Notes: generated by a model from the letters alone, not told the origin. 62,926 nucleotides of DNA, filler included, from Circinaria calcarea (GCA_051942165.1; 7 parts of 7 records of this genome joined end to end with filler, not necessarily neighbours in it); one strand, 5' to 3'. Shown: positions 36,205-50,309, counted from the first letter of the whole stretch. Numbers and translations are program-made.

Positions 36205-38197
36205 ATGTATTCGTACTGCCGGTCCGAGCGACGACGAGCCAGAGATCATGTTTTTATCTGGGACCGTAAATTTACGACGCGACAAAAACAAGTCTATAAA
36301 TTAGAAGAAAACAGAGTCGAGCAGCAGCTCCCACAATCTATCATCTCTGTTTTTCTGAACGACCAGAAATCTGGACTTGATCCGCCGCAATATAACTACA
36401 CCGCTCTCCAGTCATTCTTGGAGAAAGCTAATGAGGGACATTTACTACAAAACCCACCTACTTCTCAGGATTCTGTAGACGTCGCATTGGTGGATGATCG
36501 ATGTGACCGCACAGGCTGGCAAGATATTAGCAAACAACATCATTCGGCTCGGAATTGGGATCTCTATGCGCGGTATCCTCCTTCTGGGGATTGTCAACAG
36601 TCGAGCCTGTTGAATGTAGGGGATCTATATAGGAGACTCAAAACCAACGTAGGTCTACAATCTCAAGAATCTCACTAATAGCGGCAACTAATCTGTACCA
36701 GAGACAAACGACGGGTGCTGAACGTCGGACGATGTAAGTGCAGTCACTGATATGGCGGAATATAACCCAGCTTAAGCCTCGGGAGATATATACCAGACAT
36801 GACGCCGCTATCTGGACTTGCTATCGCCTCCACTGCCCCAAGGCTCCAGGCCCCTGTCTTAAGAGATTTCATGCAGAGATATGTATCATATCGTTGTTTT
36901 ATTGGCGTTGCAATGGCAAGTTCAAGTCCTTTAACCATTCATGGGATGTATTGTAACGCAAATCAGCCTTTCTACGGGTTTGCTATGGAGTTCCATTTCC
37001 CTTATTATGCTTTACGGAAATATGATACTCCGCATAGGGATCCTCGAGGACTTCGGCGTTGCGGTAGGTTTGTAACCGGTCAATCTAGATCGAGCCTAAA
37101 GGAGTACATTTATGAGGCTCAGATCTCTGTGCTTATTAGCGGTATCGACGAGTGGTTTTGGACTGCTTATTGCTGCACCGATACATACTTTGGAAGTGAA
37201 GAGACCTTGCAGTCATATCATGAAAGTGGTTATGATGCTGTTATTGGTGGTGTTGAAAGAGCTGGATGGTATCCGGTCTGGAATCCTAGGGAGTATTTTT
37301 TGTATGTCTTGTCTCGTCGCTTTAGACAGATCACCAAGGAGTGGAGTGTGGTAGTTAGGATGCTTGAGGAACGTCTACAAGTGCATGTCCGCGCATCCAT
37401 TTCGCAATGCAGTCGATAGGTTGCTGATAGAACAACAGGAAAGAAGCGTGTTTGAGGAGAACATGGAACAAGCATCGCTCGTTGATGACGTTGGTCTTAG
37501 TCGTACTCGCGAATTAACATGGACCACCGAGTTACTTCGTCTTCTCCGCGACGCACTGGTTCGGTCTATTGAGTCATGGGAAAGTTTTGATGATGGCGAG
37601 CTTCAATACTTCCATGATGAAGAACAACAAACACTGCGAAAATCGTGGGATATGTATCTTGCAGAGATCGAAAAGGACATGAGTGAACTTCGATCCCTAC
37701 GGAGGATTCTCCAGCAGAAAATTGAGACGTTCGATAACATGAAAGATGGTGTAAGAGAATTACGGATATCTGACTCAGGGTTGTGTGACTGATTGTCCAG
37801 CTCGTCAATGCTTCTGCCATGGTCGAGAGTAGGGTCGCAACAAATCAGGGAAGAAACATCGGACTACTGACTAGAGTCACGGTGGTGAGAAACCGCACTG
37901 TTCCCTGCTGGACAAAAAGCTAATTGACATAGTCATATCTCCCCTTGAACCTTGGAACGGTACGAGAAGCCATTATCTCCTTTGAACATCCTTCCTAGTT
38001 CGTACTGAACGTTCCAGGCGGTCTTCAGCATGGCTATGATACCCAAGCAGTCTTCGTGGGTGGCGTATGCTCTTGTACTGGTTAGTCTTACAATACTAAC
38101 CCTATCCATTGCCTTTCGATTTCGTGACATCAAAGATGCGGCTGCTTCGGTCGCGGTCCAATGTCGGGCGTTCGCTCGAGCGGTTATACTGGGGTAG
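36205..38197 (+). CDS. Fungal CorA-like (Mg2+ transporter-like C-terminus) membrane protein, multi-exon; start uncertain
   Basis: MEFHFPYYALR, YEAQISVLISGIDEWFWTAYC, WNPREYFL, a long helical stalk, then NQGRNIGLLTRVTV|SYLPLNLGT|AVFSM and a second TM helix; several GT-AG introns; stop TAG 38195-38197. Confidence 0.7.
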
Positions 38198-39547
38198 GAA
38201 GAATTATGATCCGTATCACTAGCTGGTTACTCTCAGGCGCATTTCATTATACTATCAATGTGAATAAAGCAGTGCGGTATTATCCCAACAGTTTTTACAG
38301 TAAGAGCACATGGCATGGCCACAAGGTACACAAGTTGGCTGATTAGAAATCAACTTCGGCCCGTCCATGCATTGACACTACACAAGAGCTCAGTCCAACT
38401 TAATTATAGAGAGGGGGTAATTGGTTTCTCACACAGTACCAATATACTGTGGGATATGCTGTTTGTCCCCAAGCAGTAACAATATCATAATCCCACTCGT
38501 CCATCACATCCTCATTGGCAAGCCTCTCCGCAAGCCCTTTGCAATATGCGCATCTGACATGAAAACATCCTTCACATTTGGGTGCTTTCTCGGTAGAAGG
38601 ACTTGTGTTTGAGGCATGCGTACAACTGCACTATGCCGAGTTAGCTTCGACGGGTGCGAGACTTGTCGGACATACGCATTTCCATTTATAGTAACCTGCG
38701 AACGTATCCAACTCTTCATAGCTGGAGGTGCCGGAGTTCAGCAGCTCCAGTACGACAGGGATATCCTGGTTATAGCTCATCGATAATGAAAAATGTCGTG
38801 GCTCAAGTCCGTTTGCCTCTAGAGAGAGGTCGAGTGAGATGTACAAAACTGCTAAACTAAGATTTGAAGCCGGGAACGATACCAGAGAATAAATGCAACA
38901 AGAAGGCTGCTGGGGATTCAGATCAACGCGGGGGATCGTCATGGAAGTATCCCACGTGTACTGCCCCTTGGTGTTCCAATCAGAAAGCTAACTTTGAGCC
39001 TCCGTATGCAGCCTCGTCGGTAGTCTGCAAAACTTGAGGCTGCGATCATCTTTTCGTGCGTCAGGCAAAGCAGATTCGAGGCGTTATTGAAGCTAATGTA
39101 GTGCGATATACTGCTGCTGGAGAATGGGAAATGAAAAAGATCAAGAAGAGGTTCCATATTTCATAGGAGCGGTATACGACCGTCTAGTAGAGGACTTATA
39201 GGAGAGAAGTCCTAGCCTCGCGATATTGTACGAAGGTACCTCACCACTACCATCTCTTTCTTGTGCAACGTGGTACAAACAACTAGGCTATATGATAAGC
39301 AATTTTCAGCCTTGAAGCATGCTACTGTTACAGAGATGGAACACAGACGGACATATTAGGCACCCCCTCTACCCCTTTATATTATTGCTGACAGAATAAG
39401 TCAACATTCCAACAGCAGATTAGTGAGTTTCCATGTCTAGTTATTGCGATCATTATTGGGATTCTTTGAGATAACCTAGCTTGGGTGTATTATATACCCA
39501 TATGCAAGTACCCCATCGGTGTTTGACTGCATCAAAGTTAAGCCATC

Positions 39548-41840
39548 ATGCCGATTTCGACCCAAATTTCGCTTTCCGTAGAGCTTGTGAAACTCGCACA
39601 GCATCTACCTCTACCTGCCACCATCAGTGCTCTTATCAGTTCCGTTCGTGACTTCAAGCGTTCCAGCTCCGACTTTCTAGTAGAAGAAGATTTGATGGCA
39701 ATCTTTGGTAGAGGCAGAGTCGTGCGGTCGATGGAAAACCACTTTCGCGATGTCATCAAAGCCGCCTCGATTGATCCTCCGTCTCCGCTCTACTGGGAAG
39801 CCGACATTGTTCTTGATGCGGGTGCTGGTCCTACTCTGCGCCGGGCTTTAAGAGATGGCCATTCCTATATGGCTACTGTCATTCAACTCTCGTTCTTGGG
39901 ATCAATGCATGAAGAAACTACTCTCGCGGCGACGTTGACCGAGTGCATGTTTAATCGCTATGAGAAAGGAGTTCAGGATGCCACCCCTGATCCCGATTAT
40001 GCTGGCGTTTTGGGGACTCTACAAGCTTGTACCAGCCAGACTTGCCAATATCCTTGGGAAGTGCTAATAGCACTCGTTGAAAGCAAATTCCCTCAATCAG
40101 CTCCATGGTTTCGAGCTTTTAAGAGTCCTTTGAATTCTCTTTCACCGAATTTGCTCCTTGGAGCTATGGATTATTTATATTTGGTTCAAAGTCTCCCAGA
40201 AGACCGTATCATGGTAGTAGAAAACCAGATGGGACTGGTACCAATCGCTGTGTGGGCACATTGTATACTCGGCCTTAGAGTTTTCGTAAAAGATAGTCCA
40301 GATGGAGATGTCAACCTCGGAACACCAGGAAATCCACAAGTCATTATCCACTGGTCTCAAAAGTGGGAACTGTATCCCGATCGCGAGTGGGAAATCAGAA
40401 ACTCATCCATTCCAAGAGTATACCTACTGGACGCGGGGATGGAAGTGCTTTTGGTAATGGAGCCTAATGATCACGAAGCGGTCAAGATAGAAGGACTAGA
40501 ATACCACCGCTTGAAAGGTTACGGCACCACCTTCCTTCGGAGACTTTTCAACAAAGAATCAATCGTCAATGATGATGATTCAATCTACGCTGAAGTTGCG
40601 CAGTATGTCATGGCAGTTGCTATTGTGATATCCAAATCCATGCATCGCATTCCCTTCAAGCGGGAGCTTGACCAGACGAAACAATATCTCGAGCAGTACT
40701 ATATGAAGATAGAATCTACGCGAATTCTTGAATCCGGTGGGCTGTTATTGTCAGGGATTGAATTCGACAGGAAGGGCGTCAATGGTTATGTTGAAAGGCT
40801 AACAAGTCTTGTGGTTAAAGATATGCCCGTTCCTCCAACTGTACAAACATTTATCGAGCGACCTAGAAGCAATTCCCATAGCAATAGACTTCTGCAAAAA
40901 TGCTATCCAGCTTGCATCCTGGATCATGATATTTTCCCGAGTTACTGATGTACAGTCGTGCTCTGACATGCCATTGATTTATGATTCGCAGAGGGCGAAT
41001 GGCGCGAGAATGGCCATTGGAAAGGTACTAATGCCTGAAGATTCAGACATATGGTTTGAGGATATTATGGCAATGATGCTAGGAGATGTTGGAGCATTAG
41101 CCATTCCTGAGAATCGTGACGACTATTTTCTTATCAGCCATAAAGGTTGGAGCATGTACCACAGTAACATCGGAGATGTTGATCCAGGAGGGGTGGACTG
41201 TGAATCGATATGCATTCGACGAGGCGTACCGACCAACTTGCGAACTAAAGAACGTAAGCTTGCGATCCTGGATGCGCCACGTATTTGGCCCAAACAAACT
41301 CACAAAGCTGCTGTGGTGGATAGGGGTGAATCATTCCTTCCAAGATGTGTTTCTCCGGTCATCAAACGTACAGAACTCTACAGCAGCCGCGGAAAAGTAT
41401 TCTGGCTATCTATTCGCTACGATATTGACGACCTAGAAAGTCTACAAGGATTCGGCAACAAGGGCAAATTCTCTATTTATACATCGTATCACCAACTTCA
41501 CGACGGCCTCTGTATGGCCATGAAGACCGAACCGTGCATGCATCACACACAGAACAGCAAGCTTGTGCAACTGAGCCTTGGCGTTGTGACAACTAAAGGG
41601 TTTGACTGGGTTAATTATGAGAGTATCGAAGAACGAATCTGTTTGAACCTGGTCAAGGGTGATTCCCGAGCCCGATGGGTCCTGCTGGGTGAACTTATCT
41701 TCAAGGGTCATCCTGTGGAGGTAGGGCGGGTTCACAGTCATCTGCAAAGAAGGGTAATGCTTCGGTGCAACAATTGCTGCGAAAACTGTGCTATCAAACA
41801 GGCCAGTGCAAGGGAGGGCAAATGGCTGATCATCTTGTGA
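39548..41840 (+). CDS. Fungal hypothetical protein (about 760 aa) split by a frameshift near 40850-40890
   Basis: Overlapping long ORFs 39548-40948 and 40809-41840 on the same strand; C-terminal CNNCCENCAI Cys cluster. Confidence 0.7.
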
Positions 41841-44800
41841 TATACGGCATTGATGATGATAGGGATAGCGAGCAATACAATCATTGGTACACGATCAAAA
41901 GCCTGGCAAAAAGCACTTGCGGGATAATATTTTTAACGTGATGTTGCATATTTTTTCAAATTACTGAGTTTTGAGCCCTTTTTCTTTTATTATTCCTCTC
42001 GCTATAACCCTCTGCTTATACTTTCCCCCCATATTTTTATAAAGATCCTTTACGAACAGTATAGTGATCTTACGAATAAGAGTCGGTAAACTTTGTGATA
42101 ATATGCTTCAACAGTTCGCATAGCATATAAATTATTGCTAAAGAACTATTGTGTAATGCTTCGCGAGAGAAACGGACGGGTTCGTAATAATTTTCCGGTG
42201 GAGGCTCTTCTTGCAATTTTCGCGTGCTAAATATCCCCTTCCTTCTTCCATCCCCATTCTTATCTTTTCTTTGCCCCTCCCGCCCCTCCTCTCTCCCGCA
42301 ATCCCACATTCCCTCCCGTGACCTTTACTCTCGACGTTTTCTTTTTAAAATAATTTTACCCCATTTACAAGCACTAAATCCCAATTTCCAGATAATAATA
42401 AACTATTGTCGAACTAGGCACAATACACGCGGACTCGCATGTTTATGAGGGCATTTACGCGAGGAGTTAGCGCCGTGAAACACATATAAAAAGCCTTGTT
42501 TTCTCTCTTTGGAACCATAGACTTTCATAGAATCCGAATGAACACGACTTGCATTCGAATCACTACATAGGAACTGCCTCACTTACTGCATTGTGCACAC
42601 GTAATAGGGACGTGATTCAGTGCCTACTTACTACACTTTACTGCGAGTATTCAGAAACCCGTAAAGTTCGACAACCATTGCAATTATTTCTCATAGTTTT
42701 ACCGAAGCATCCCAAGTCTACGGACTTGCGATATCAATCGAAGCCCAAGCCTTTCAATAACAAAATTTTCTAGATACAGAGTTGTTTGAATATAACATTC
42801 AGCCGCATCCTAATCCAAGCATTCTTCCACACTCTCACTTCTCTTCCTACCCTCCCATTTTTAATTCTCTCCCCTTTCTTCCCCATTCTCCACTTTCAGG
42901 CCCCCACTGTCTTTCGTCCTCCTTCTCCTTTCCTTGCCCATTTTCTCCTTCCAACCGCCCATCTATCCCAACAACCCCCTCGCAACCAGTTCCCCCCACC
43001 CGTGATCCAACCAGCACCTAACGTACCCCTTGATCACGGCGTCTACACTGCCTTGACACCAGGCAGGGGCCGAGGCGAATCGATTCCACAATCCATTAAC
43101 CTTCTACTTACGGTTACGGGTATACATATATCCTGTTGGAAGTCATAGGGCTTACCGAAGCGTGTGTTGTATAGGAGGTCCATGCTCAACACTTCCTACA
43201 CACATCACAAAAGCACTATTCTCTACGTAGACAGCTTAAACAGTTACATACTCAGATAGCATGAATACCACCACATATTACTGCATGCTCAAAATATCCA
43301 AGTGGCAAGAATTCGGAACCCGGCCACGATGGAAAACGGCCCCTCGGCGGCAATTTTCGCTCCCTGGCAAATTGAAGGAGGGAAGATATATATAGCGGGG
43401 GGACTTAAGCTGCTGTCTATCTTTTACTCCCTCTTGGGTTTCTTAGTGCTTTCATTGATATTATTATCATTAAGCCTTAAACGAAATCTCTGCTTCATAG
43501 GTCCCTTCATCGTTAGGCGCTGTTGGAAACCGGAGGGTTTACCGTGTCACGTGTTATCTACGGATTATGTGTGGTTTATGCTCATTATTTCTTACACACA
43601 TTTTTCAAAAAACTTTTTTGGCTGTATAGCTGATTGAGATAGTCATACATATACAGTAATATATGCATGCCACCATAATATTGTCTGATTCAGTGCAGGA
43701 TCTGGCATCTTAAAGCATGAACCCCGTGGCTGCTGACGCTCAAGGCTGAATACTAGCGGAGAGGACAGTCCGTGTGTATACGATGAACATTAGAGTATTG
43801 CTCTCAGATTTAAAGATACACAAATATACGGTGGGTGAGAATGTTTCAAGGCAGCAAGATGACTCAGGACTGTCTTTTACCCAGGAGTCTCTACCTAAAT
43901 CATTATCATAATGACAAAGTTCGGAGGTTTGAAGGTTTGGAGGTTGAGTCAGCAGGGAAGGTAGTGGGATAAATGAAAAAATTGAAAGGCAGATATAAGA
44001 AAAGCGTAATACAATGGCTGCCGGGGTTTGTTTTCATGGTAATAAAACGTTATACCTCGGCAGGTGACCTGCTCCAAACTGATTGTGGTGGGAAATTGCG
44101 TTGCTCGGAGTGCAGAGCTGTTGTCACGGCAGAGTATGAATGGATCAAGGAATGGAATTGATAGATTCTGTGACTGTCTATTCTGGGGCTATATAGCCCC
44201 GCAGGCCCGCCTGCTCCTTCCCATAACAGCTGTGTTATCCCTGTGCCATCAATCGTATCCGGACAAGGCTGAAAATATGGAGTTATTGTCGGATTAATGA
44301 TAAAAGGAATCTAATTCTTTCTATTGTGTGGATAATAGTAAAGTAAAAAAAAAGGCCAGTTGCTTTCATATGTTTCGTCTGCATCGGTTTTATTCAATCT
44401 ATGCTCCGTCGCCTCGCTGTGCAGTGAATCCAGAACATGCGAGACCGATGAAGTTGGCTTGGTTCAGGCTTTAAGAATGAAAAAGCTAAGCTGTGTGACA
44501 AGTCTTTACAGAAAGACCCTTCTCCACCGCTTTCCAGGTGCATGAGTTAAGCTCACCAGCTGGATTCGTCCAAACTTCCGACTGCTCAAAGATGGTGACG
44601 TTCGCGTGAGGTGGAAGAGCATTTGAGCTTGTGAGGTCGCGCCTCCCACTCTTGGGCCGGGTGGTGAGATGTGCTCGACCTCCGCGAGGCTGACCGGTTG
44701 GTTTGTATACACAGACGCTGAAGAGTGTAAGTACGGCCGCTCGAACTTGCTCCCAAGAGAGCACAAGAGCTACACTAGCGGATACGGCCATGTAGCAGGC

Positions 44801-44930
44801 GTTCAAATGAAGAAAAGTAACAAGTCCTGGTCCGATTGCGACTGTATCAGATGGAGGGCCGAGCTGACTCCATTCTAACTGGGCGCAGTCTTTTATTGAA
44901 GGATTACCCAGACTTGCATCACATTCGTAG

Positions 44931-45030
44931 NNNNNNNNNNNNNNNNNNNNNNNNNNNNNNNNNNNNNNNNNNNNTTAATTAATTAANNNNNNNNNNNNNN
45001 NNNNNNNNNNNNNNNNNNNNNNNNNNNNNN
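44931..45030. other. Artificial contig spacer
   Basis: N44-TTAATTAATTAA-N44. Confidence 0.99.
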
Positions 45031-45412
45031 ACCCAGACGCTATATGGTCAGGGTACTATGCGTTTCTCCACAGAAGAGATCAGCTCGTTCAGGAAGCAGA
45101 TTTGGGAGAACCTGAATGCACTACTTATTGCGTCCAGATGTAAAAAGAAAGAGACTGGTACCGGTAGCGCAATATTTTGGGTGTTGGGAAGGAATGAACC
45201 TTCTGAAGCAGATACTGTTGTGTTCGGCTTTATTTGTTCTGCACTCGTCTGCACTGCGTAAGTAGTTTTCGGTGATTTGAGGTTTGTAACTTGCTGATAG
45301 CGTTTGCAGAGCGCCTGAAACTCGAAAAGTAGTGAAAAGCTTCCCGGTAGCGGTGGAGTATGCGCGAAGGATTCATGACCGTTACTTTCCGGAGTATATT
45401 CTCTGGGAGTAG
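45031..45412 (+). CDS. 3' end of a glutathione S-transferase-like (failed axon connections/metaxin-type) protein, 5'-truncated, one intron
   Basis: TLYGQGTMRFSTEEI..FWVLGRNEPSEADTVVFGFICSALVCTA|APETRKVVKSFPVAVEYARRIHDRYFPEY. Confidence 0.75.
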
Positions 45413-46355
45413 GTATGCAATTTACTAGAAACGACATGTAATCGAGATGGCGTCGCAGAAACACTTGCAACACTTAAAAAACAGCTCCGATTGTAAAAGG
45501 GATACTATTTACTCTAGCCCTCCCTATATATTCCTTAAAATTGCACCACTTGGATGACTATTATGTTAGAATGTGCAATAATGGCACGGTGCGAATGCGT
45601 TAATATCAATACAAATTGGTAGTATTCCATATATTCTATATAGAAGGAAGAAAAATGCGGGGCATAGCCTCTATATACCATAATCGTAGAGACAGTAGTA
45701 TTCGCGCATATAACATGGGTAATAAACCCTAAACCCTGCATATTCCATATGCGTGCTGTGTGTACGCTAAGCCATAGTAGCTTGAATCGGATAGTATTAG
45801 CCTGAATCGTGATATATTAAATACTTGGAATGAGATACCAAACCACGATCTGTATTTCTACAAACCTTATTACGACAACGTTATATATACCGTCACCACA
45901 CTCCTCCTTGAATACCTCTAAAAAACCAAGGGGCATTACTGCCTCCTCGGAGGCTCACGTCACTCACTTTCCCAATCTTGGCACAAGGATGTTTGCTGCG
46001 AGTCTCTGAAACTTTCAACGGAACACACGGAGGCAATCAGTTTCTAGAAACTACCGCCGGCCCGGAACTGGCAACGTACGAGCAAAAGGACAAGCAAGTC
46101 ACAGCTATACCACACGAGGCAGACGATCATCCACTGGCTCCCAGACTTGCTGCAAGTAAGAGAGTAAGAAATACCCAGCAAAGAATATGAGGAAACCACG
46201 TCTTGGCAGGGCTTACTTTACTCACCAGTCTTATTCAAGGCTGCCTCGCTATCAGTCTAGTACACGATAATAGTTGCCTCGATATTTGCTTTCCCTCCGT
46301 TGCTTTCCGTTACTCCGAGATGCTCCTTTCGTGGGGCAACAATCGGAATCTGCTC

Positions 46356-47845
<1,490 letters not shown>

Positions 47846-48666
47846 AGAGAGCCAGAGTACCCAGAGTGCCAGAGTTCCAGAGTTTCAAAAGGGTATATAT
47901 AGAAAAGAAACACTCCCAGGGCCCAGGGCCCAGTATCCCCTTGGAAAGGGTGTAGCGAAGAGGCTTTGTGGGTGAGGTGAAGGGGAAGGTGAAGGTGGGA
48001 TGGGAATCGGGAGCAGGGGTTTAGATTTTATGTGGGGACACAACTATCTAGAGGATCCGATCACCCGAATTCCATGATTTGAAAAGTATTTCTCGAAGGG
48101 GGGAAAAACAAAGACAAAGAAGGGGGGGGGGAAGAGTCTAAGATCCAGCCAAGCGGTACTTTTTCGGCGTGTACTTGTAGTCTGTCTAGTCGCGAGGTGA
48201 ACTCGGGGCATATGGTTAAACATTGTGAACTTTGTCCCTGGCGAAGATCCGCAACGAAAAAGTGCCTCGGAGCCGGGTAGTGAAGATGTTTCCCCCCCCC
48301 AAAAAAAAAAAAAAAAAAAGCAGAGGCGGGTAAAAATACTACGTCGACGAATGGATTGGGAGAGAAGCCCCATTGGGGAAGGAAGGATTAGACTATGGAA
48401 AAGCGGCTAGCTAAAACTCATGCGAGGGAGTTGGTAAGGACAGTCTGACCCAGCCGGTAGAAGGAAAAAACCCCCCGAGCGAAAAATGCAAGTTTCAATT
48501 TCAAAAAGGGGTCCCTTGACAGTAATTTTTTCCAAAATCAAAAAGACACTGGCAAATATCAATAGATTTTTTAAAAAAAAGCCTTGTTCAAGTAAAGGGC
48601 TCATATCAATTTTCCCCGGTCGCACCCCCGACTGTCATCTCCTCCACTCCAATTCGCTGCCGCCAT

Positions 48667-50148
48667 CTAAGCAGCCCATCTCTTGGCATATTTTCTAGAT
48701 CCGTGAGACTTCCCAGATCCGTCAGACTTCCCAGACCCATGAGACTTCCCAGACCCATGAGATTTCCCAGACCCATTAGATTTCCCACTCCCATGAGACT
48801 TCCCGCTCCCATGAGACTTCCCGCTCTTTCCGCTCTTCCCGCTCTTCTGGGAACCGTTTCCAGCTCCATGGCCGTAGTCGGGATATGTCACCGTAGCTTC
48901 GGCCTCAGCGTCGCGTGAAGCCAAGCCGAGCCATCGCAGTACATTGTTGCTTCCGCTGGGTTCAGCCTCAGCGTCTCGGGTGGCCATACCTCGTCGTGCA
49001 TAGTGCTTGCCACTCTTGTTGCTCTTGTCACTCTTATTGCTCTTGTGGCTATTGTTGCTACTGTTGCTCTTATGGCTCTTGTCACTCTTGTCACTCTTGT
49101 TGCTCTTGCCGCTCTTGCCGCTCTTGTGACTGATGGTGTCATATCCAGTTGGTTCAGCTTCAGCCTTAGCATCTCGGGTGGCCAAACTTCGTCGTACATA
49201 GTGCTTGCCACTCTTGTTGCTCTTGCCGCTCTTGTTGCTCTTGCCACTCTGGTTGCTCTTGCCGCTCTGGTTGCTCTTGCCGCTCTGGTTGCTCTTGCCG
49301 CTCTGGTTGCTCTTGCCGCTCTTGTTGCTCTTGCCGCTCTTGTCACTCTTGTTGCTCTTGTAGCTTTTGTGGCTGATGGTGTCGTATCCAGTTGGTTCAG
49401 CTTCAGCCTTAGCATCTCGAGTGGCCAAGCCTCGTCGTACATAGTGCTTGCCACTGTTTTTGCTCTTGCCACTGTCGTTGCTCTTGCCACTGTCGTTGCT
49501 CTTGCCACTGTTATTGCTATTGTTGCTACTGTTGCTCTTGTGGCTCTTGTCACTCTTGTTGCTCTTATCACTGTTGTCACTCTTGTAGCTCTTGTGGCTG
49601 ATGGTGTCGTATCCAGTTGGTTCAGCTTCAGCCTTAGCATCTCGGGTGGCCAAACTTCGTCGTACATAGTGCTTGCCGCTCTTTCCACTCTTGCCACTCT
49701 GCCCACTCTTCCCACTCTGCCCACTCTTTCCACTCTGCCCACTCTGCCCACTCTGCCCACTCTTCCCACTCTTTCCACTCTGCCCACTCTTGCCGCTCTT
49801 GTAGCTGATGGTATCGTATCCAGTTGGTTCGGCAGCGGGACTGCGAACCTTGTAATACTTCCAGACGGAACGTCTCAAAGCTTTCCCAGTAGGACTCAAA
49901 GACCGAATACGACGGTAGTAATGGTGACGGCCACTACTTTTGCTGCTTTTGCTTTTGTAGCTTTTGTGGCTTTTGTGGCTCCCTTTGCCTGTGGGTGATC
50001 TGCCGTTGAGTTGCGCAAGATTACGCTCGGTCAATGCTAACGCGGGACCCTCGGCCACATCGGCATTGGCGTTAGGAGTAGCAGCCGGGAGAGCAGAGAC
50101 GCTCATGGACATAATAGCCGCAACGGCAGCAACCTTGGTGAAACGCAT
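48667..50148 (-). CDS. Secreted Kex2-processed repeat protein (KEP), 493 aa; precursor of Ser/Lys-rich tripeptide-periodic peptides
   Basis: Signal peptide MRFTKVAAVAAIMSMSVSA; repeated module R-DAKAEAEP-TGYDTIS-(xxS)n-GKHY(V/A)-RR; terminal KR; intact intronless ORF with an upstream TATA box. Confidence 0.9.
   Translation of the reverse strand: MRFTKVAAVAAIMSMSVSALPAATPNANADVAEGPALALTERNLAQLNGRSPTGKGSHKSHKSYKSKSSKSSGRHHYYRRIRSLSPTGKALRRSVWKYYKVRSPAAEPTGYDTISYKSGKSGQSGKSGKSGQSGQSGQSGKSGQSGKSGQSGKSGKSGKHYVRRSLATRDAKAEAEPTGYDTISHKSYKSDNSDKSNKSDKSHKSNSSNNSNNSGKSNDSGKSNDSGKSKNSGKHYVRRGLATRDAKAEAEPTGYDTISHKSYKSNKSDKSGKSNKSGKSNQSGKSNQSGKSNQSGKSNQSGKSNKSGKSNKSGKHYVRRSLATRDAKAEAEPTGYDTISHKSGKSGKSNKSDKSDKSHKSNSSNNSHKSNKSDKSNKSGKHYARRGMATRDAEAEPSGSNNVLRWLGLASRDAEAEATVTYPDYGHGAGNGSQKSGKSGKSGKSHGSGKSHGSGKSNGSGKSHGSGKSHGSGKSDGSGKSHGSRKYAKRWAA
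48690..49830 (-). repeat. Nested coding repeats: 9-nt (AAGAGC/AAGAGT-NNN) and 18-nt units inside four to five modules of about 180-240 nt
   Basis: On the + strand, (g/a)ctcttgcc / gctcttgtt 9-mer arrays separated by a near-identical linker (gtatccagttggttcagcttcagccttagcatctcg). Confidence 0.95.
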
Positions 50149-50309
50149 CTTTGCAGTAATTGGTTGGTTAAGATGGGTAAATACAGGTGGTGGTAAGAGA
50201 TGTGACGATTAGTGATAGCGTCCTTGAGAGAACAGTAGAGTATTGAAGAACGTGGGGGAGTTGGACAGAAGGCACGATGGGAAGAATGAAAAACGGGGAC
50301 AGCAGGCAG

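Noticed and set aside
41900..44930. Pyrimidine-rich stretches and short ORFs at the end of contig 5
   Set aside because: Low-complexity, probably error-rich sequence with no recognisable gene or RNA
48900..49830. CRISPR-like appearance (conserved linkers separated by variable segments)
   Set aside because: Eukaryotic context; the repeats are in-frame coding modules and the 'spacers' are themselves 9-nt repeats; no cas genes
49003..49998. 331-aa hydrophobic (ALVALA)n ORF on the + strand and a 299-aa (ARATRA)n ORF in another minus-strand frame
   Set aside because: Shadow frames of the stop-poor 9-nt repeat; only 48667-50148 has a signal peptide, processing sites and a TATA box
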